DNA from: Lingula anatina
Taxonomy: Eukaryota > Animalia > Brachiopoda
Reading direction: 5' to 3'
DNA length: 64,000 nt
NCBI GenBank assembly: GCA_051362555.1
Contig: CM120641.1
Span: 8,866,001-8,930,000 of the forward strand
Shown here piece after piece: positions 54,021 to 64,000 of the stretch. Below the pieces are notes generated by a model that had not been told where the DNA came from, searched no databases, and was given only the letters and a program-made list of their open reading frames with translations. The first letter of the stretch is position 1, and every line of letters begins with the position of its first letter. The position numbers and the translations under genes are program-made.

Positions 54021-57000
54021 ATGGTTCCTGCGACGGCTGTGTTTGTGAACATTACAAATCACATAACACGCGAAGAACCCAACACTGTTGATGGATTGGA
54101 AACAATAGGGATGGATACCACCACTTTGTCAGGAAATGCCTCAAATAATGTGACAGAAATACCATATTTTATAGTACCTGGATATGTAACGGGTATATTG
54201 ATTGTCTTGTACTCGGCCATCACTGTATTGGCAATAGGTGGGAACTCTCTAGTATGCTATGTCGTATTGGCGTATCAAAGGATGCGAACTGTCACAAACT
54301 ATTTTATCGTCAACCTGGCAGTGAGTGACATTTTGATGGCAGTTTTGTGTATTCCGTTGACTTTTGTCGCAAATATCTTACTGAACTACTGGCCATTTGG
54401 CGCATTGCTCTGTCCTATTGTCTTATACGTACAGGCTGTGTCAGTATTTCTGAGCGCCTTTACTTTAGTGGCGATAAGCGTAGACAGATATGTTGCCATT
54501 ATTTATCCTCTTCGGAAGCGTATGACAAGCAAAATGGCCGTCATCGTCATTGCAAATATCTGGTTTCTGTCCCTGGTTGTCCCTTTACCAACAGCAATAT
54601 TGTCAAAAGTAGATGAAGATAACAAATGCTACGAACATTGGCATGACTGGACACAGAGGTTCCAGTATACGGCAGCAATCATGGTCTTACAATACGTTCT
54701 GCCTCTCTGCGTCTTAAGTTTTACCTATCTAAGAATTGGTGTTGTAATTTGGGTGCAAAAGATTCCTGGGGAGGCCCTCAATAACAGGGATCAAAGAATG
54801 GCAGCTTCGAAGAGAAAGGTAAGCAACGTGAACATTGTGCATGCTAATCCTAAGAGACAATAGATTCTTTTGACAAAATGCTTGGTTTATCCAATCATTA
54901 TAAATTCGGCTAGCGTTTCTTGTTTTAATTATATGATTCCAAGACAAGACAAGACAAGACCACCTCTATTAGAAATTGTATCATCTAGGGAATTTTTTCC
55001 TAAAAACGCTTATTCTCAGTTCCGAGTCACAAATGTGATTTTCCAGTGCGCGTCTGCAAGTGTTTTATCACCAGTTGCGCAACAGGTGTGGATAGTTATT
55101 GCAACCTAAACAAACGTTGGAAGCTTTTTAAAGGAATAACAAGTCAAATTATATGACACCCCTAAGAAGGGGGGGTACCTGTTTAATTTTACGTAAATTA
55201 TGTAATTGTAATCAAAGAGGATAATTTAACAAGATCAGTCGGGATCTACCGGTAGAATATATTATTATGTAAGTACGTAAATGGCCGAAGGCCAAAGGTT
55301 GCGCAGTGCATATAAGATGAAACTTTTACATTTGTTTAATTTATTTTTAGTTAAAATTCTCCAAACTAAATGAAATAGTATGTAGTTTTTATTTCAGTTG
55401 TCTTCTAAACGTAACAGGGCGCTGGATTAATGTGATTAATTTGATAGCGACCACTGTTTCTGCCTGACGCTAGCTATAGGGCCTAACCATCCATGTGCTA
55501 TGGCAAGTTGCGGTCATCTTGTTTTCTTTTTTCAAAATAAGCAGATTTCACGCTGTTACACACTTCTTAACAACCAGATATATATCATAGGGGTAATAAG
55601 TATGTGGAAAACACTGAGAAGCAAACTTTATCTGATAACGAACATTATATTTATGGCCATTTTATATAGTTAAAACCCAGGAATTTTCATGGAAAATGGA
55701 GGCCATCTTGGGTTTTCTCAAAATGCCAAAGAACGCACACTTTTTACCGACCATTAACATATATTATAGGGATATTGAAGCTGTGGAAAACACCGAGAAA
55801 CAAACATAATTTGATATTGGGCACTCTTTTTCCTAGTAGTAGTAGTTGATACCCATGTACGTGTACTCGCAGGACATCGGCGACCAAGGATACGTGCTTG
55901 TTACCACCAGATATGTATTGTTGAATTTGTTGGGATTAAAAGGGTGAGGAATCCACTGAGAAAAAATTCATCCGCCTGGCTATTAGCTGAGCTTACTGGA
56001 ATAAGTATATCCAAACGTTCCATTTTACGATATTTATCTAGTATAATCATCACACCCGTGTGTTCAAAATCGTCGCAGTCAATGTCTTAAATGTAATTCA
56101 TTTATTGAAATTCTAATGCACTTTGACGGTTGGCGTACCTTATCAGCTACGTTAAAGGTTTTAAATGCACAGAACATCTGAACCATTTGGAAACAGTAAA
56201 AACTGATAGACACCCATCCCAAGGATTGGCCATGTTTAATCTGTTAGGTTAACTTGAACCACACGCCTCTACCTGCGTGCTGACGCATGCGTTAAATAGT
56301 AGCAAGTTTTTACTTTGCTCAAAGACCAAAGTGTAGAGGGAATAAAATTACAGTGATAGTTATTGTTTTCCAGTGTGTTTCTATGCATATTTTAAAATTA
56401 AGAGCAGTGTAACCAATTTGTTACCTACATGGCCCTTTCTCCTGCAACCTAAACTGCTATATTTGCACAAGCATGGTTCTTTTATTGTTTGCATACATTC
56501 AAAATGCATTGCATTCTATGAATAAAAAGGTATTCTCAGCGTTAACTGTTCGATGAATATGCCCATCCCACATGATATAGACATTCTTCGGATTGGGTCT
56601 CACTTTTCAAATGCAGCTTCTCTGAAGTGTTAGCCATGTTTTCGTGTTAGAAACCAGGCGCAATATTTCATGTAAAGGGACAAGCATATGATTTTAAAGA
56701 CGCGTTTTTACTTCAATCACTTCTTATTGAACAAGGAAAAATACTTTTCCATCTTTTTTAACAAATATATACCATGATTTAACGTCGCCAAAATCAATCT
56801 AATTCATCACTCTCCTGACGAGCCTGGCCACCAGTTTGGCAACGTTTGGAATCACGGTCAGTGCTCGAAGTGATGACGGAGTTTGAAAATCCCATGCTTT
56901 AAGCATGGGTAAATGATTTTTTTAATTATCTTAGATCTTATGTTATGGCAAGTGCTAGGAAAGGAGGATCAAAGATTGGCTTAGTCAGAGAAAAATACTG

Positions 57001-57712
57001 TTTACTCCAGGAAAATTCGTAAAGCATGATTTTTTGGCGGAGAAACCTATGCTGCACAGTATTGGTTGGACTACCAGTCTACCACTAATTTTACGTGGGT
57101 CTAAGTAGACTAAAATTTTTGTCTGAAAGATAAGATCAAATTTCTTTTTCTGAAAAAGACCCTTGATCATATCTTTTTTTCTTTCAGATGGTGAAAATGA
57201 TGATAACGGTTGTCTCCCTGTACGCCATATGCTGGCTCCCTCTCCACGCTATAACCTTGATCGGCGATCGTCATCCAGGTATCTATTTTTATAAATACAT
57301 TAATCTCATCTGGATTTCCATACACTGGCTGGCAATGAGCAACTCCTGCATCAACCCGATCGTGTATTGCTGGATGAATTCAAAGTTTCGTAATGGATTT
57401 CGTTTTGCGTTGCGGTGGTGTCCGTGTTTTAGAATTGATCTGCGAAGGGCAATGTCGGATCGACTAAAGAGTGCCCAAAATGGAGGTTCAAGACGCACAA
57501 GTGTAAGAAACTCTGTGGCTTTAACGCTGTCGAATTTCTCAAGTTACAGGAAGCATTCAGAGGATTCTCCCGTGCATTTGGCCAATGGAGATAGGCGGCA
57601 AGCTAACAGAGAAGAACGTAAATTAGGATGTTTAAAAGAGTATATGACGCGTCGGCCCAGTCTTGAGAGTCCAGGACGCAGTTGTAGTATTGCTGACAGT
57701 GACAGTCGATAA
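54021..57712 (+). CDS. RYa-R: Class A neuropeptide GPCR, luqin/RYamide receptor type, 440 aa
   Basis: Exons 54021-54818 and 57188-57712, phase 0 (AAG|GTAAGC ... TTTCAG|ATG). TM1 GN, RMRTVTNYFIVNLAVSD, YWPFG, DRY, ICL3 RDQRMAASKRKMVKMM, CWLP, HWLAMSNSCINPIVYCWMNSKFR. N-glycosylation sequons in the N-terminus. Acceptor of the first coding exon at 53907/53908. Confidence 0.9.
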
Positions 57713-59804
57713 TGTTATATGATAATGTTATATATGAGTTAAATTGTTAGATGAACAAGACATTATTGAAATATTATAATGCTTTATATTATTAGTATAT
57801 CACGTAAGTTGACAACCACTGACTGTTGTGGATATCCCTATATGCCCTTTGTAATTTTCAATGTTTATAGACATTTAGCCTACAGTTAGAAGCAAAATAT
57901 GCCTATTTTATTTATTAACTAACATAGTCTGTTCGATTATGCGTTGATGTGTACATTTGTCAGCGAATAAAAAAATTAATTTCATAATAGTGAGCATTAC
58001 CTGCTTGTTGCCTTTTGTTTATATACCGGCAGCAGTACTGGTAGTTGCTAATGGTGACACCAACATTAATTGCTATGAAAAAAGTAATGGGCTAGTGAAA
58101 TGAGAAACTGTTGCCTTCCCCTGCGCCATTTGATACACAAATATAAGCTTTAAATAATTAATTTTTTTTATTTTAAAATCTGGTTCTTAATGGTTTTATG
58201 ATAGGCCCTATAAATATCTCTCCATTAAACCACAGTAGCTGATTTCATTGCTGTCAAAACAAATATTCATTTTAAATAAAATAATTTAACTGGTATAAAA
58301 GAACCATGTAAGATATTAAAACATTTTTGTTGAAGCAAACCAACTTTTTTAAAATACTTTTTTTGAGAACAATTAAGAACAATTAGTCAGTTCTTATGCG
58401 AAATTGCTGTTAAGAAAGATACAGAATTTTTTGGTTTTGAGCAAGAGGTCGAGTAAGTAGGCCTAAAAACATACATGTATAACCGAATGGTGGCAACGTT
58501 TGTTTTTAAAACAATTCCCGATTGTATACTAAAACGTAAAGGATACAACGGGTTTTCTGCACCCAGTAAAACTCTTTATACATAGGCCCGACAGGCTACC
58601 GGAACAAAAGTAGGACATGCTTGATCTGTGATTCTTCAAGCGACTATGCCATCATCTATAACAAAACATGAAAGGCGCCAATACGTTCCAAAGGTCTTAA
58701 GGCATACCGGTGTTTTAAGTAATTACTCTACAGCGTTATTCATGGAATCTGTTACCATGAAATCACCCAAGCTATATCCAATTTACGCTCCTGGAAACCT
58801 CAGTGAAATTGTTCCATACCGTGTCTTTGGCCGGATACGCAGCAGTACTCTTGCCTCAACTTTGATACGTATGCATAACTCGTCCGAAACCAGCAGGAAT
58901 ACACGCCGGTTGATCTATTCTTTTTCACGAAACGATATGACCCCCCGTTACATTGATGGTGGTTCTGCTCGGTTAACGGGGAATGGTTTTTTCCACTCTT
59001 CAGGTCTGATTTATTGTCCAAAAATGCCACCGATTAGAGGTTTCTAGACATAACAATTTCGGAGCAATTTAACAAGGGGGCGATTCTTGAAGTCCTTCTC
59101 AGTACTGAACGAGTTCACAAACTAAGACGTTTTGACTGGTCGATGTTTTGTTTCTTTTATAAGTATCTATTCAAATAAGATTTTATATCATTTTTTTCAT
59201 TTAATATCACTGTGACGTCATTAGAGACCAGAAAACGTACGAATATCCACGTGAGGTGGGGTTAACTGTGCAGAGATTACTTAAGCTTGCACATTGTAAG
59301 GTAAGATGTCAAATATCTTTTGTAAAAGCCTTCAAACAAAACAATCAAACAAATATATGTCTGACAATCTCGAGTCAACTCTATGTCCTTCAATGAAAAA
59401 ATTCTTAATATTGCGATAGAGAAGACTTACTACTGGAATGTGAGATGTATCTGCTCTTTTTTTTTCCTATTGAAAAGTTCACCGTGAACTTCTCGACTCC
59501 AAAAGGACAAGGTTAAGGCAGATTGACAAGCTTGACTGCACTGATGTTTCACTACATGGTCTAATAAAAATGAAGATTATGTCCATGTGTATTTTTTCAA
59601 CTTTATTTTTATTTTATTTTCACAATGACACAGTTACTACAATCACAAAAATAAAGTATGATTCCGCAAAGACATTATGAAGTTCAAAATGAACCAAACA
59701 TCGCCATTTACAGTGTGAAGTCCAAGTCATAAATCTACTACTAAAAACTACCCGTCTCAAAGCCTAGAGGGACTGCAATATTCAGCATTGAAGATAACCA
59801 TCTG

Positions 59805-59998
59805 ATTGTGGTGACCTGACCAGTGTCCCATCGATTCAGATGGACACAAACAGTCCAGTAGCCAGATGTTGACAAGTGACGAAGAAAACCACCCAGTGTT
59901 GAGGGTGTTGGAGGGTGTGGAGGGGATCCTTGTCAACCATTTCAGTAAAAATGAATCTGGGGATATTCGCGACCAGACTAGTGCCTCCTCTGCTTCTC
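59805..59998 (-). pseudogene. Possible FGF-like pseudogene fragment
   Basis: Frameshifted translation KQRRH*SGREYPQIHF / MVDKDPLHTLQ...FVTCQHLATGLFVSI*IDGTLVRS resembles the FGF core (RRLYxxxGYHLQI ... GVATGLYLAMxxDGxLxGS). Recognised by eye only. Confidence 0.25.
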
Positions 59999-60232
59999 CC
60001 TTTGTGGATTCAAGGATTACTTATTGAACCAACAACGAGAGTTATTTATTTATAAAATCTCAACTCTGGCTATGGGGATATATTCTCACGCTTGATTTCA
60101 CAGAGCATGTCAAGTTGTATCGCTGCCAGATACAATTTTACTAACTCCATGCCTGAAAACCCTGTGTGGCCTGGCCATGATCCTGCCACCGAAAAAATAC
60201 ACCTAGGGATATTTTTTCAAATAAAACTATCA

Positions 60233-60524
60233 CTGGGAGCCGGTTTCACAAAAGAAACTTACACCGACTTTAAGACAAACGTTTTAGACTACTGTGACCT
60301 GAATTTAATCAATTTGGTAATCCACTTACATGCAATTAATTGAAATGTTGTGCCTGTTTAAAAATAGAAAGAAGTGGCCAATGTTTGATACCAAATGTTA
60401 GGCCTACTTTATTTTAGCGAACCACCAAAGACATATCCAGAATTGTACTAGATCAACAATCCGGTCTTAAAATTAAGTTACAATTACGGTCTGAAATAAA
60501 GTTATTTTATCAAACCGACCCAGA
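60233..60524. mobile_element. Degenerate MITE
   Basis: CTGGGAGCCGGTTTCACAAAAGAAACTT versus AAGTTATTTTATCAAACCGACCCAG form imperfect inverted termini. Confidence 0.45.
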
Positions 60525-61479
60525 GGTTACCTATCCATACTATTCATAAACTAGATCAAAAGTTTATAATGGCGGGCTCCTTCAGTATCTTCAAATGCAA
60601 CTTGACGAACATACTGTGGGTCATTTCAAGGTGAAAGTCGGGAAAATCGGAGTTTAAATGAGAAAATAATTTATTGAATCTGCAAATAGGTAAACTTAAA
60701 ATATTCATGATGTTTAGAATCTTACTTATTTGAAATCCTGCTGACAGTTTCGTGTAGATCTCATCTAGACCTACAAATGAAAGCTGTCAGTGATTTTTAT
60801 TCACTCTACACACCATAGAACACCAGAGAGTGAGTAAAAATCACCAATAGTTTTCAGTTGTGAGCAGGTCTAGTTAAACTCTCAGTGTGGTTTTCTCGCA
60901 GTTGCAGTAGGACTTTGGAGTAGTCCTCAGCACCTTTACAGCAACTTTGTCATTACTAATTAGGGCTTTGCATGTCATCGGCGACCTCAACCATTACAGC
61001 ACAATCTCTCCTAAGTGCAAAGCAGGATGCTCCATTCTCATAAGCCGATTGACAAAAGCAATGGCGATGGAGAAAGCATTCAAGATCGAAGCGGACATTG
61101 TTGTTTGAGGCATCGAGATCGTGAACCAAAATCCAAAATCTTGTCAGCCACTCTTCGAGCACGGGAGGTTCAGTATTGAAAATTCTGAAATTCTGGCGAG
61201 AGGGTGTATTATTTGACATAGGTCCCCCTACGTACCAGCCTCATAACAAGACACAACGCTTATTGAATGGCTAGATAGTAGCAATGACAATACATCAATA
61301 AATTACAAATGATATTGTTTTTTTATACTTAATTGGCGTCAAACACTTAAAATATCGGCAGTTGTAATTCTCATATTTTTATGAATTAAAATCACCTCTT
61401 AACTAGCTTCATAAATAAAAATTACTTCTTCACTTTATGCTCTTCATTCCAACTTTTCTAGAGTTTGAGGCTACATGTA

Positions 61480-62775
61480 GGGGAGACCGGGGCTAGTTGG
61501 ACCCCGGGGTAAGTTGGCCCCCCGTCAATTTATGAAAAAGTAACTACGAGGTAAAAAAAATTGGCCACATACTCTTGCAAAGTGACCGTAGCCTACAATG
61601 CTAAGGAAGTGTCGGACGTTAAAAAGTTTTACTTAAGCGGTGAGTCGAAATAAACGATTTTTGCACCTAAAAGTAATTTTGTTTAAGAGATTTAAAAATC
61701 TATTTTCATAGGCTTTTGATCGAATTTAAGATATGTATAGAGCATCAAACTGAAGCTCATTGTTTCAAGTTTCACAGAGATGTATCATCGTTGCTCTTTC
61801 TAGCACCATAAATGGCTACCATCCTTTAAAATAAATAATGTGCACCCGGGGCTAGTTGGCCCCCTTGACTCGGGGCAAGTTGGACCCTCATATTACCCAC
61901 AAACCTTTGCGCGCAACGCTGTTTGAAATAAACAAGTTGGTGAAATTGACAAAGCTTGCCGGTGTCTATTACCGTCTGATTGATTTTTTTAAATTTTCTC
62001 TCTGGTGTCGTTTTGAAAATTTATATTAGAAATATTCTGTTGATTGTAAGTATTAAAAAGCAAAACCATTGGACTTTCCGTAGAAAAAACATTTATTTTG
62101 CCTTAATTCATTGTAAGGGGATTCCCTTTGTATTTATTGTGTTATATGTGGCCCCAAGGGGATTTTCCACCACTCCCTAGCTAGAGACCATTGTTGAAAC
62201 AAACTCAATGGTTTAAAACTGAATTTGATACTTTCTTTTAAAAAGAAAATTTATTATTCGTTTTCATTCATTAAAAACCTTCTTTATACCATTATTTATT
62301 TATTCTTAATTAAAACAAAACACATTTTATTGATAGATATTTTGGTTCTTGCAACACATCCCCCCCCCCCCCCCCCCCAACAACGTGACGTACGGAAACC
62401 TCAATAAATCTGCCTAATTGAACTGTTTATTCATCAAAGACTCTCAAAAATCAATTAAATAAATTAAAATTTTATAAAAATGTATTTCAAAGCGTTTACA
62501 TGGGATATATACTTCATTTTCGTATATGGGGGCCAACTTGCCCCAACCCTGGGGCCAACTTGCCCCATGGCGGGGCAAGTTGGCCCCCCTGACGTCAACT
62601 GCGTTTTTTGTCAAATTGTGAGCCACCTGGCATTATATTTGAAAAACAATGACGTTGCATACGTAGCTTAGTTCATGGGGCTTAGTTTGAAACCGGTTTT
62701 GTTACTCTAACCCACTCCTAGTTGGCTCTACAAGGCCAAAAGTGTCTAACTGGGCCAACTAGTCCCCGTCTCCCC
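61480..62775. mobile_element. Tc1/mariner-pogo-type non-autonomous element with TA TSD
   Basis: TA|GGGGAGACCGGGGCTAGTTGG ... CCAACTAGTCCCCGTCTCCCC|TA, with internal GGGGCAAGTTGG subrepeats at about 61847-61890 and 62528-62590. Confidence 0.8.
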
Positions 62776-63334
62776 TACTTCTGTCTGCACAAATTTTGCG
62801 TAGGCATCGACAAAAGCAGGGAGAAAGTGTCGCCATGGCAAGAGTTCTAAAAGTCTTCATCGCCTGTTCAATTCTTCTTTCGAAATTACTGCGTGAGTTT
62901 CGCCTCCCTGAGCCTTGTGGATTGTGGCATTTAAAGATGTGATAGTGGCGATTGGGCGGCCGCTTGCGTTCGGTGCGCTTGCTGTGTTGTTGTCGAATGA
63001 TGCTGATTGATAATTGTTCGATAACGAAACGAAAGTACGTCGGTTTCATTGGTAACCCTGTCATTTTGTCTCGTTTACACTTGAAATAATATGTGAACAG
63101 TGTAACCACACAGCTCAGATGGGCCTGGCTGGACCTTGGCCATATTTAATGCAAGCCATAAAATAGCTGGCGCAGTTAGCGGGGGAATTAACTTTGAACC
63201 GAAAGTAGAATGCGCCGTAAGGGACAGGGCCCATACTCGGTTTGTAAAGTGCAGACAACTGGGCGAAGACTTTAATATTTTAAATAGGGCCTACTCTACC
63301 ATCCGATAGTAGGCCTACGAACATTGACAAATTA

Positions 63335-63578
63335 GGGGAGACCAGGACTAGTTAGACCCCGGGGTAAGTTGGCCCCCCACGAAGTCTCTTTAATAAAGTT
63401 ACTTTAAGATGCTAGATTATTTCATTTGGACTCACTGCCGACGCTTTCTTAGCACTATTGGATACGGTCACTTAACAAAATGATGTGATCAATTCTTTTA
63501 CCCCATAGTTAGGCCTACTTTGTCATAAATTGATGGGGGTCCAACTTACCCCGGGGTCCAACTAGCCCCGGTCTCCCC
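63335..63578. mobile_element. Short MITE of the same GGGGAGAC family
   Basis: TA|GGGGAGACCAGGACTAGTTAG ... CCAACTAGCCCCGGTCTCCCC|TA. Confidence 0.8.
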
Positions 63579-64000
63579 TACATGTTTATACACTTAGGAC
63601 ATGTTTAAACTAAAAAAAAGTATTAATTTTTTTATTTATGAAGATCGAACATAGGCCTATCTAAAGAACACTCGGGGCACAGTGCCGGAAGTTTTAACAA
63701 GAAAGAAATCCCCAATGACCCGGGGATATAAAGACTTTTAACAATGCCCTTACGAGAATGGTGTAATGATTATGTGTAGATACCCCCATCCCCCACCCTC
63801 TGGCTGTTTAATTCCCCGCCCTGTCGCGGGTTTCCGGGCGGGGTTTCAATAGGTGCATTAGGCCTATTGCCAAGATATCTTCGAGTAGGCTACAGTCTAA
63901 AAAATGTCACAATTGCAGCTTGACAAAATCGTAGAGGATACGGAGTCTGTGAATCCTTACAATTTTGTACGACTACCGCCTAGCGGCCTCTGCATGAATG

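Noticed and set aside
53991-54863. GPCR ORF boundaries as given in the ORF track
   Set aside because: The track starts at a GTG and runs into the intron. The ATG at 54021 and the donor after 54818 fit better.

Overview
AT-rich, intron-containing animal genomic DNA, most likely a lophotrochozoan or similar invertebrate (it has a luqin/RYamide-type receptor and HINE-like repeats). Four protein-coding genes were reconstructed by manual splicing. (1) A minus-strand innate-immunity gene (about 15.3 kb running to below 4.0 kb) whose phase-compatible exons join a TIR domain, tandem DEDs and the start of an IRAK/Pelle-like kinase. It has an apparent 1-nt frameshift at the TIR start and a kB-like/ETS promoter. 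(2) A minus-strand SOCS-box protein with a probable N-myristoylation motif and a GC-AG intron. (3) An 11-exon minus-strand testican/SPOCK-like gene lacking the Kazal domain and GAG tail but carrying His/Lys-rich inserts. (4) A plus-strand luqin/RYamide-type GPCR with two coding exons. The rest is nested hAT relics, Helentron-type non-autonomous elements (HINEs), MITEs of several superfamilies, a LINE fragment and possible pseudogene remnants. The main discovery candidate is the TIR-DED-DED-kinase fusion. All domain calls come from motif recognition by eye; no database search was run.
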